A DNA stretch of 64,000 nt from Eledone cirrhosa (lineage: Eukaryota): the NCBI GenBank assembly GCA_964016885.1, contig OZ024740.1, positions 121,086,001 through 121,150,000 of the forward strand. Direction: 5' to 3'. Positions 40,903-52,150 of the stretch are shown here, in pieces; position 1 is the first letter of the stretch; each line of letters begins with the position of its first letter. The notes below the pieces were generated by a model. It ran no database searches. It saw nothing but the letters and a program-made list of their open reading frames with translations, and had not been told where the DNA came from. A program made the translations under genes and the position numbers.

Positions 40903-43263
40903 ATGGGTAATATCTATCCTACGAGGTTACCCTTTAATAAAAGAGTTTGCATACCACAACAAATAGATGACGAGACGGAGGCACAGTTCACCATAGCTAG
41001 AAATAAGATTAGACAAGTAGTAGATAGGTACACTATGAGACAGAGCAGACCAGAGGCCCAACAACTTGGGATAAAACCTGTAGAAGGCTTGGTTAGCCTC
41101 AAGCAGCGCACAAGGGATGGTGAGGTAGTGTGTCTACCCACAGATAAGTCTGGTAGGATGTCAATAGATAGCATGCCGAACTACATCGAGGCAATGCAAC
41201 CCCACATCACCAACACGAGCGAAGTTGCACAACTAACACACGATGGGAGAGAAAAAATCCTCAACGCTCACATGATGATGTGGACTGACATCCTAAAGCC
41301 AAGCAGACGCACTGCCAACAACTTCCAGGCGTCTAACAATGGCATACCACCCTTGTATGGGCTCCGCAAAGACCACAAGACAGTCGACGACCCGACAATA
41401 GGACCACCAACAAGACCTGTATGCGGAGCTAATATAGCTAGCAACTACAGGATCTCCTACTTCCTCTCAATGGTTATACGCCCCATAATCAAGATGTCCC
41501 CAGATGTATGTGAAAGTACAGAGGACCTCCTCAGCAGAATCAGTGAGTGCAACAAAAACAGGAGCCTATCCAACTGCATAATAGGCAGCATGGATGTGGT
41601 GTCACTGTACCCATCCATTAACATTGATTTTGCTGTGAAAAGATGTGTGGAGATGATCATTGAGAGTGAGGTGGAGTTCTGCGACGTCGACACAGACGAA
41701 CTGGGCCTCCTACTTAGACTTACCTACGACACTGACTACCTAGACAGCCATGACCTTAGATGTTTCTGCCCTAGTAGACCTATAAGAGGTAGACCCCCCA
41801 CCATAACCTCAATGGCTAAAAAGACTCCCATAGGAAGGTGGATTGGGTGGACCAAAGCTATACGGACCCCCCAAAACACTGATCAGGTAAGAAAAATGGT
41901 CGCACATGCAATAGGGGCTAGTATCAAAACTACCCTAAAGGGCCACATATTTAAGTTCAATGAGAAAATCTACACCCAAAATGAGGGAGCAGCCATCGGC
42001 GTCAGCATAGCTGGCGATGTTGCCAACCTTTTCATGGTATGGTGGGAAAGGAGACTTAAAGATCTCCTTAATGAAAGCTCCATAGACCTCATCATGTACT
42101 CTCGTTATGTAGACGATATCAATATAGTTATAAGAACACCTCCACTAGAGAGCACTAACAAGTTTGATTTAGAACGTAGCACGATGGAAAGCATCCAGCA
42201 GATAGCTAATTCCATACACCAGAGTATAACTGTAACTATAGACTTCCCTTCCAAACACCCTAACAATAGACTACCTGTATTAGACACAGAACTCTGGATT
42301 AACACTATAGACGAGAGAGCCCAAATTCTCCACTCACACTATGCTAAACCCATGGCCTCCAAATACCTGATACTCAAAAACTCAGCAATGTCCAGTAGTG
42401 CTAAGTTTAATATTCTGATCGCAGATTTGGTACGAGTGATGAAGAATGTGTCCAGCATGTGCGACCCAACAGAAATGGAAGGACACATCCAACACTTCAT
42501 CAACCGCATGCAGTTCTCTGGCTACAACCAAAGAGACAGAGTCAGAGTATACGAAGGAGCCATGGAAAAGTATAAGACCCTCATAGAACTGGACATGAAA
42601 GGAATTTGCCCACTATACAGGAGCAAATCATGGAATAGCTTAGATAGGGCTAGACATAAGATAGGGAAGGCCACATCATGGTACGACAACCAGAGATATC
42701 AGAGTGTCATGTTTGTGGACGCCACCCCTGGAGGGAAATTAGCTAACCAGTGTAGAAAGGCCCTGAGAAAGACCCACTTAAAAATAAAGGTGGTAGAAAA
42801 GCCAGGAACCACCATAAAATCCCTGATCAGCAAAACCTACCCTTTTAAGAAAACCCACTGTACCAATAGGAAATGTATCATATGTAAGGTGAACCCCCGG
42901 ATAAACTGTAAAACTAGAAACGTAGTCTATAGCATAAGATGTACAGAGGGTACTTGCAGAAACACGACAACAACATACATAGGTGAGACAGCTCGTAGCA
43001 TAGGTGAAAGGATAGACCAACACTGGGGGGAACTAAAAGGACGAAAAAACGGGTCAGTACTATACGAACATGCTAGACAACATCATGACGGTAACATAGA
43101 CAACATAGAAATTAGAATAATATCTAAACATAGGAATGACCCAGCAGATAGGCAAATCAGAGAGGCCAGTGAAATAGAAATTAGAAGACCAAAGCTAAAC
43201 AGAAAGAATGAGTGGAACAACAACAACACCCAAACAAACAACACTGACCTAAGAGAAGTATAA
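40903..43263 (+). CDS. PLE reverse transcriptase / GIY-YIG endonuclease, mirror copy (786 aa)
   Basis: Same motifs; frame stays open upstream through the spacer (DKTYK-MGNIYP). Confidence 0.93.
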   Translation: MGNIYPTRLPFNKRVCIPQQIDDETEAQFTIARNKIRQVVDRYTMRQSRPEAQQLGIKPVEGLVSLKQRTRDGEVVCLPTDKSGRMSIDSMPNYIEAMQPHITNTSEVAQLTHDGREKILNAHMMMWTDILKPSRRTANNFQASNNGIPPLYGLRKDHKTVDDPTIGPPTRPVCGANIASNYRISYFLSMVIRPIIKMSPDVCESTEDLLSRISECNKNRSLSNCIIGSMDVVSLYPSINIDFAVKRCVEMIIESEVEFCDVDTDELGLLLRLTYDTDYLDSHDLRCFCPSRPIRGRPPTITSMAKKTPIGRWIGWTKAIRTPQNTDQVRKMVAHAIGASIKTTLKGHIFKFNEKIYTQNEGAAIGVSIAGDVANLFMVWWERRLKDLLNESSIDLIMYSRYVDDINIVIRTPPLESTNKFDLERSTMESIQQIANSIHQSITVTIDFPSKHPNNRLPVLDTELWINTIDERAQILHSHYAKPMASKYLILKNSAMSSSAKFNILIADLVRVMKNVSSMCDPTEMEGHIQHFINRMQFSGYNQRDRVRVYEGAMEKYKTLIELDMKGICPLYRSKSWNSLDRARHKIGKATSWYDNQRYQSVMFVDATPGGKLANQCRKALRKTHLKIKVVEKPGTTIKSLISKTYPFKKTHCTNRKCIICKVNPRINCKTRNVVYSIRCTEGTCRNTTTTYIGETARSIGERIDQHWGELKGRKNGSVLYEHARQHHDGNIDNIEIRIISKHRNDPADRQIREASEIEIRRPKLNRKNEWNNNNTQTNNTDLREV

Positions 43264-43531
43264 ATAAATAAGTAAATTAAATTAAATAAAATAAGATAAA
43301 TAAATACATACACAAGCACATAAACACACACTAGTCACCCAGCAGACACAACACTATACACACTAGTCACACATCACACATAACACTATACACACACGCA
43401 AACGCATGCGCAAAGAAGACAAAATAAAATAAGATAAACAAACAAGCAAATAAATAAATAAATAAATATATAGACAGACTGAACAAAAAAATGGCGTAGA
43501 CATACAACACAACAGGAGGAACAATGAATAT

Positions 43532-43580
43532 AACACCACTGACGATGTTGCAGATGTGCAACGAAAGATTTATGTAAACT
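43532..43580 (+). ncRNA. Minimal hammerhead motif in right-arm pseudo-LTR
   Basis: CTGACGA 43539-43545; T; stem II GTTGCA/TGCAAC; GAAAGATTTA; stem I weak (CA/TG then internal loop); same position as the family A HHR. Confidence 0.65.
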
Positions 43581-43887
43581 ATATATATATGTGTTTGTCT
43601 ATATTGTATCTGTATTATTTTTGACCACCGGTCAGTCAATGGCAACATTGAGGACCGAGTAAGTTAGATCGCAGATATATATATATAAAAGACAGCGAGA
43701 AGCGAAAACCAACCAAACAGTGAGTGTGTTCTGTTATTAATTCTGGCAATATTACGCAAATATGACCCTCCCCAAATATAACAATATATATATATACATA
43801 CATACATATCAATCTGGCTGTCTATTCTTATCAATCCACCTCTCTCTTCATATATATACATATACATATATATATACATACACACAC

Positions 43888-43994
<107 letters not shown>

Positions 43995-44776
43995 TATATG
44001 CGTGCGTGCATGTGTGTGTGTGTGCGTATATGCGTGCGTGCATGTGTGTGTGAGTGTGTGTGTGCGTGTGTGTGTTATACATATATAAGAAGCGCATGTG
44101 TTTAGGAAACGGCGAGAGAAATTTGGAAACTGAATGGATTTTGCCATCACGAGCATTTCGAACTTACGCCTCTTGTTTGTTAGACAACTGTGCTGATTCT
44201 TATCTTGTTCCGTTCAGTGAGCTTGTACGCCCCATGATTAAACTATGTTATTAGTAATATATAGACCGAAATCTAATTTTATATGCTCTCTACACCTTAC
44301 ATCTACTACGATTTTATTACTCCCTGAACTGACTTTATTTCCAGATATATATTTCCCCCCCCTTATCTCCCCTTATATTTAAACTTTTTCCCTTGTTATT
44401 TATTTTCCTTATTCCCCATTACTTTCTACCTTAACCTTTACATACCCACCTTTTTCATTTATAGATATTTATTTCTGTGTGTATGAATGTGTTGTGTATA
44501 TGTTTATATATGTATATATATATGTGTATATCATGATATATATCTGTATGTATATGTATGTGTATATATATATGTGTGCGTGTGTGTGTGTGTTTATATG
44601 TGCGTGTGTATTTTTATTAAAATGGTGAAGTAGCTTTTTGTATATATGTGTGTGTGTATATTAGTGTGTGTGTGTGTGTATATGTGTATTTATATATATA
44701 TATATATGTTTATATATGTATATATATAATAGCCGTTGAAACGGCTCGAGCTCTGCCGTCGGCGTCATACTTTTTC

Positions 44777-44814
<38 letters not shown>

Positions 44815-45050
44815 GTGTGTATTTGTATGGTTGTGTGTGTGTAGATATAAGTGTATGTATATGCATAATTGCATACAGAGTGTTTTAATGTTTATTTTCT
44901 TTGATTATTTGCTCCAGGAATTTGTTGAGTGCTCTAAATCAGCTATAAACATTTATAGCCTTATCTATTTATTTATTTATTTATTATTTGTCGTATTTGT
45001 TTACCCCTTCCGCCTATTTATTTTTATATATACATAATATTTATGTATTT

Positions 45051-45180
<130 letters not shown>

Positions 45181-45290
45181 GTTTATGTGTGTGTATGTGT
45201 GTCTGTATGTATATATTCATATGTATGTATGTGTATGTGTAAACGTGTGTATGTATGTGCGTGTATGTACGTCTGTATATATGTATGATC

Positions 45291-45335
<45 letters not shown>

Positions 45336-45372
45336 TGTGTGTGTGTGTTTGCGTATTTATCTGTATGTATGG

Positions 45373-45454
<82 letters not shown>

Positions 45455-45483
45455 GTATATATGAGTGTATGTATATATATATA

Positions 45484-46361
45484 TTTCGTTTCTGAATTTG
45501 TTTAGCAAGATTCTTTATCTGGAATCGTGTGTTGAAACCGATATTGTTATACTTTGGGAGGGTCATGTTGCCAATAAGAAACACACGCACCAGTTGCTTT
45601 CACTTCAATTTATTATATATTTATAAATTTATAAATTTACAAATCTACAAACTTATAAATTTCTGGTTGGTTGGTTGGTTCCACAACCAGATAGTTGTTT
45701 ATATATAGTCATAGTCCTTTCGTCACACACTCTGTGACCTCTTCAGTGACTGGGGATTCCTTTCCTTTGTTTCTGTGCCTTTCCTTTCTTCTATCCTACG
45801 CCATTTTGTTTCTGTGTGTATGTTGTGTGCTCAGTTTGCGCATGCGCCACATCCGTTTGCGCATGCGCCAATTAAGGACAAAATGAAAACACACACAGGA
45901 CAAAATGAAAACACACACACACATAGAACAAACAACTTACAATTCAGGACAAAATGAAAACACACACAGGACAAAATGAAAACACACACACACATAGAAC
46001 AAACAACCAACCAACAATAAATAAATTAAATAAATAAACAAATAGATAAATGAACACAAACACACACAGACACCCGGATGTGGCACATGCGCAAACTGAG
46101 CACACAACACACACACAGAAACAAAATGGCGTAGGATAGAAGAAAGGAAAGGCACAGAAACAAAGGAAAGGAATCCCCAGTCACTGAAGAGGTCACAGAG
46201 TGTGTGACGAAAGGACTATCTGGTTGTGGAACCAACCAACCAACCAGAAATTTATAAGTTTGTAGATTTGTAAATTTATAAATTTATCAATATATAATAA
46301 ATTGAAGTGAAAGCAACTGGTGCGTGTGTTTCTTATTGGCAACATGACCCTCCCAAAGTAT

Positions 46362-46369
<8 letters not shown>
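45484..46369. mobile_element. Inverted pair of family A pseudo-LTRs without ORF body
   Basis: 45484-45870 is the reverse complement and 45871-46369 the direct homolog of 3094-3553; right arm ends at AACAATAT|(AT)n, left arm has a 57-bp tail. Confidence 0.92.
45707..45751 (-). ncRNA. Minimal hammerhead ribozyme (family A)
   Basis: AGTCA-CTGAAGA-G-GTCACA..TGTGAC-GAAAGGACTA-TGACT. Confidence 0.78.
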
Positions 46370-46408
<39 letters not shown>

Positions 46409-46596
46409 GTGCGTATGTATATGTGTGTGCGTGTGTGTATGTGTGTGCTTGTTTGTTTATCTACTTTTATATTTATTCTTTTTCCTTTCGTTCTTCCTTT
46501 TTTTTTTTTTATTTCATTCTTCCTTTTCCAGCCTCACTTTCATATAAATTATATTTTTGTTGTTAAAATCCACTGTCAATAAATATACCAGGAATT

Positions 46597-46657
46597 TTTC
46601 ATTCTGATGACTGAAAGCAAATTTTGTTTGCTTTCAAGAAACCACTGCTAAATGAAA
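46597..46657 (+). ncRNA. Type I hammerhead motif in a solo pseudo-LTR-like fragment
   Basis: TTTCATT/AATGAAA stem I; CTGATGA; 10-bp stem II TGAAAGCAAA/TTTGCTTTCA; GAAACCACTGCTA (one mismatch in stem III); (TA)n about 30 bp downstream. Confidence 0.75.
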
Positions 46658-46704
46658 TAATTATCTTATGTTGTTTATTACATAACTATATATATATATA
46701 TATA

Positions 46705-46890
46705 AATAATTGTTTCTATTTTTGGCACAATGCCTGCAAATACCGAGTACAATACTGGTACTTTACTTTATCGATCCCTTCAGGCTGAAAGGCAAAGTTA
46801 ACACGGGCGGGATTTTAACTAAAATCATAAAGGGACGTAACACTATGCTTCAAAGCATGGTTCCGACTCTCTACCGTAACTGCCAATCCA
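46705..46890 (-). mobile_element. SINE copy
   Basis: Same SINE family, more diverged. Confidence 0.75.
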
Positions 46891-47505
46891 TAATGGAAGC
46901 ATGAAGTATGTATAAGTGATACGTAGATACGCTCAGTGACCATTACCTACATCAAAAGAAATAAAAGTAAGGGTGCTACATAAATTTTAGAAATACATCA
47001 ACCATAATGAATGAGGTGAACACTCTAATTTGTGAAAAGACATAGGATGGTTTTAGTTTTTATTTATTTTCATCTTATAAACACTTTTTATAACTGCGTT
47101 GTTTAAAAGCATTAGCTCTTAAATTTTGTATGTGCTTCAATTGTTTTCAGAAATAATTAGGAAAAATAAAACAAACAAACAATTGTTGCCTCATTCTGTT
47201 TATAAACGTGTGGTTTTCCCTTAAGAATATTCCTCTATGTTGATGCAATAGGAAACTGCAATATGTGTTGTTCACGCGATGCATTCTGAAAGCTTTAAAT
47301 AGTTATATTCTATTCATATTTCTGGCGCTATATGTGTTAACATGGGGCGCCTAAGTCAGCCATTAACTGATGAGTTTTAAAAGTTGGATATATTACTGAT
47401 TTTTGGGGGAATATAGAGAGAAACAGAACTAAACATATATAAATATGTGTGTTGTCAACATACATTCATACGCACACGCATACACAAATATACACGCCCA
47501 CCCCC

Positions 47506-47538
<33 letters not shown>

Positions 47539-47562
47539 TAGAGAGATAGAGTGAGAGAGATG

Positions 47563-47593
<31 letters not shown>

Positions 47594-48566
47594 GGGAGAG
47601 AAAGAGAGAGGGGGAAGAGATGATTGATAAATTTCTTAAACATTTCATTACATTATCATCTTACTAGATATGACATCAAGATAGAGATGCTTATCTTAAG
47701 ATAACTAATTTCATTTCTGCACCTTCATCTTCCTCATATGTATTTCATTGGTGAAAACAGTAAGCTTCTTAAAATTGGCCTTCGGGTTACGATCATTAAG
47801 TCCTGTGTTCATTTCGCGCCAACGCGTGTTCACCTTGAGCAAGACACTATATATCACATTGCTCCTGTCAGGGTAGCTGGAAACAATTGAGTCACAATTG
47901 TCACAAACTGCGTTACGTTGCATTTCCCCTTAGAACCATGTTATGTTTAGACGTGTCTGGCGAATTCTCAGCAACGTGGATGTTAATTACATGAGTAGGT
48001 TGTTCAGTTGTTCGAGTCAACTATGATACTGTTTATCGAAACCAATCAATGTGAAAACACACTTAAACCTCATCCACATGTGATGCATATCTTTCATTAA
48101 ATGAACAGATATAACATGAAAACACATTTAAAAAACATTTTCAAATAGAGAGTTAACCAAATTTGTTATATTAAAAATCCCTACTTCATAAATCTCTTGG
48201 AATGAACATATGTCAAAATAATTTTGTGTTTCAACATTCTTCGATTATTGTAAACAGTAAAGTTTATCGTTCTCAATATTTGTCGTAGTTTTCAAATCAC
48301 ACTCTGATGTCGTATCCTGGAATACACAATCACCGGTATCTCACTTCCTACATGGAGTTTAAAATAATTTACTTTATTCTTCTTCCTCTCAGTCGTTTAA
48401 CTGTTGATAATTAGCTACATATGCCCAACATTGGTTTACTAAATCCTCACTAAGATTTATAAACATAAATACAATACATATCTATCGAGCTCTTTGTTAA
48501 AACACTTTACAAGAAAAAAGGCATCTTCGTAATATTTATTTCTATTATAACTATTGTGTAAGTGCG

Positions 48567-48730
48567 GTGGATTGCCAGTATCGGTAGACCACCGCGCAAC
48601 ATGTTTTGCGGCATTTAGGTAAAAGGTCTTTCAGTTCTGGGTTCAAATCTCACCGAGATTACCCTTGCTTTTCACTTTTACGGGGTCGATAATAAAATGT
48701 AAGTGTAACGTACTGGAGTCGATAAAATCT
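48567..48730 (+). mobile_element. SINE copy
   Basis: GGATTGCCAGTATCGGTAGA...GGGTTCAAATC...GGGGTCGATAA. Confidence 0.7.
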
Positions 48731-51260
48731 ACTTTCTCCTCCTCCAAATGATTAATGTCCCCGAACCGTATGTGTCACTACCACTGGTTTCCAACCACGC
48801 ACGTGAATTAGATTATGTACAAGCACATCCCTCTGCGTAGTTTTCGTTCAGGCAACTATAAACAAAGATGGTTGACATTCTTAACATTATGTCTCGTTTG
48901 TTGTATGTGGGATTACACTACGTCTTAATTAAAAGTGTTTGTTTCCTAATGCAGGAGGAACACATCTTGTTAATATTATCCTTATTCTATTAGTTTATTT
49001 CTAATTCAGAGGGAATGACTCTTGCTAATATTATGGCCATTATCCTATAATATGGTGTTTATTGGAGTTATATTATCAGTGAGTGTATGCTTGCGAGTGT
49101 ATGCATTTATACTTATCGGTGCGTCGTTATCTAAGGTGGCTGTGGGTGTATGACATTACTGTGACGTCGATTGTTAAGCTTATTGTCGTATGTTAAGTAT
49201 TATTTGGGATACATACTATATGTGTCTGTCTATTGGACACAACAAAACAGTTAGAGAAAATTATGTCTTTAGGCAAATTACACAAATATAGAAGAAACAT
49301 CATCTTGTGCATCATCCGACAAAGAAGGGAGACAATAGTGCACGAGGGCTTAGTCAAAGAACAACAAATATATCGAATTATATAAAACAAAAGAGAAAAA
49401 AAAAATATTTTCTCCTTTGGTTAACCCCCCGGCTAGTGTTGCTTTGTGCAAAGATAGCGACGATAAATTCATATTATGTTAATTTTTAATTTTTTTTGTA
49501 AGTTGTAAATTAATCGAGTGCCGAGGTGCGAAGTTATCATTAGCTTTTCAAACTGTGGAGTTTGTATAGAAATCTACTAAAATAATAGCCACACCCAAAC
49601 ACATAGATACCCGTACACACATACATAAAGCTATATAGAGGTGCGTGTATGCACGTGTACGATATAATATATTAGTCAAAGTCCACAGCGGGTATAGTCA
49701 CTTTACCTGTCTGAGTTGAGAGTTGATAAGTAGTTCGCTTTGTAAATATAATGTCTGGAGATTAATCCTACCTCCTGCTGTGTTGGTCAACCCAAGCACT
49801 GTGGGAGAACTTTGTCCGACGGGAATCTGTTGAAACCTCTCTGATGGGTTGTGCCTGTATTATCACAAATTGTGTTATACAGATACACATGTTTCAGTGG
49901 ATTACTTAGTCCGTTAAGCAAACACACCTCTGCGGGATATACAACTACTTACACGTTATTTCACGGGTTAGACATACCATTTGTATTCAGTCATTTTCCT
50001 TCTGTGAATGTGTGTTATGGACTTTACTTTATTGAAAAGAAAGACAAAAACAATATTTTTTTTTATATTTCCTTAATAGGTTACATTCTCAACAAAATAT
50101 AAATTCTGTAGTTTCCTCGATATATGTCGGTTGTACCTGCTGGAGAAAAACATGCAGTGACAAGGTTTGTATTGTTGCCTTTATTGCAGGTAGAAATTCG
50201 GCATATTTTCTCTGAGTCTCCTGGGTTCAACTTAACTAAGTGTTATCTGAAGTAAGTCCCTTTACCACTGCCTTGGGTGGACTTAATTATTGCGTATGAG
50301 ACTGGGTAGCTGGAAACTATAAAAATACATGCCGGATATATTGTACTTGAAATTCAAAGAACCATCTTTGTCACATATTGTGTCCCACTAATTCGAATCT
50401 GGAATTAGAAGAACAGTACACGTGTCTGTAGATACTTAACAGCTACTTACACGTTAATTTGCTAGTTAGACCTTCATTCGATCAAACAAATGAATGCTCA
50501 TCCATCATCGAAATCAAGGAAGAATAAATAAACATCATCATCATCACCATGACTAACAGTCCCACCCCACCATCACTAGGAGCTGCCTCACCTACCTCCT
50601 CCATGATTACCATAATCATCATCATCGGGCAAGTAGAATAAAATTAACTCTGTCTTATCTGGTGTGCATCTTTCTCATTTGTTATCCCAAACTTTATATA
50701 TATGATGACCATTAATGTCATGTTCCATTTAACAATAATTGAAATCATGAAATAACGTGATGTTAATTTGGTTACTAGAATGTACTACCTACTAGATTAA
50801 TTCTGTGTGGTATTTCACCAGTAATACTTCTATAACTAATGATCTAGTAGTTGTTGCTGTGTGTTTATTTTCTTTGTCGTATTTGTGTAGACAATTGGTT
50901 TTTATAAATAGTTATGTTCTGTTTCGTGTTATAATGTGTTGTAATAGATCCTTGCTGTAAATGCTTACTCAAATCGTTTATCACATCTATAATAGGTACA
51001 AGTTTCATGGTTTGGGTTGCGACTAATTTTGTGCATTATATTACAATGCATTACATTACATTAGCCTTCTGAAATATATCATTTTCCAGCATGCAAGTGT
51101 GTGGCTTTTTGAAAGGGACGGAGTTTTCCCATATCTATAAACACACACACATGTACACCAACATCTACATATAAATAACCCCGACTTATATATCTATGTA
51201 TAAGCATATATCTGTCTATCTGTCTGCATGTATATCGGTTTGTCTCTCCCCAACACCCCC

Positions 51261-51344
<84 letters not shown>

Positions 51345-51535
51345 AAAATGGAACGGGAACAAAACAGAGAAGCAGTACGAACAAAGGTTTTTGGTGTAAG
51401 ATGTGTTGTCACCAATTTGTTTGAAGATGTAAATTCCAATTTAGCGGAGAAGTATATTTCAGAAGTTGTAATGTTGCCACGAGGAACCACGTTTGGTAGA
51501 AAGATATGATAGGAATATCAAAAACGACTTTTGCT

Positions 51536-51969
51536 TGGTTTTACATTATTTATTAACAGAGGTTGAGCTGGCATGCCAAGAGAAATAAAATAAACGAATT
51601 AAGATTCCAGAAAGACATGGGCTACAGGCTGAGAGAAGCCTTGCCAGGCCGTGGTTAAATTGTTGTTACATATTGTTTGTGCTGGCGTAGCAAAAGAACA
51701 AGCGGTGTTTACTTAGCATGGTCAAGCCTGGAAGTCTGGTTTTACATTATTTATTAACAGAGGTTGAGAAGTGAATTAGGCTGGCATGCCAAGAGAAATG
51801 AAATAATTCAATTAAGATTAGAAGAGAAAATACGGGCGACTGCCTGAAGGCGTTTGGCCAGGCTCGTAGGTAATGTTTTGTCGTTACATATTGTTTGTGC
51901 TTACGGAGCAAAAGAACAAGCGTGTTTTACCTTAGCATGGTCCAGCTGCGAGTGATCTAGCCTGGAAGT
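51536..51969. repeat. Diverged two-unit tandem repeat (units about 200 and 230 bp)
   Basis: TGGTTTTACATTATTTATTAACAGAGGTTGAG...GCCTGGAAGT occurs twice. Confidence 0.8.
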
Positions 51970-52150
51970 GGTGGCGTCCTCAAATCTTTGCGGGCTATTT
52001 CTCCCTCAGAATGCGTAGGGATACATCCTCTTCTACTGGCGCTGATTGGCTGAGCTGAGCCAAATCACGCACAGAGAATGTATGTGAGCCCGCGGAATTT
52101 AGGTCACTACAGGTTTATTAGTTTCACGCTCTTGAGAGTGGGGGGGGGGC

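Larger units (their letters stand above)
37960..43787. mobile_element. Giant palindromic PLE insertion (family B): 2887-bp arms 38001-40887 / 40901-43787, 13-bp spacer, 41-bp tail on left arm, flanked by (TA)n
   Basis: Mirror relation x + x' = 81788 holds at both ends; identical translated ORFs. Confidence 0.96.

Noticed and set aside
38765-43023. Short antisense ORFs inside the palindrome
   Set aside because: Shadows of the RT ORF, duplicated only because of the inversion
47388-47394. Isolated CTGATGA
   Set aside because: No downstream GAAA or stems
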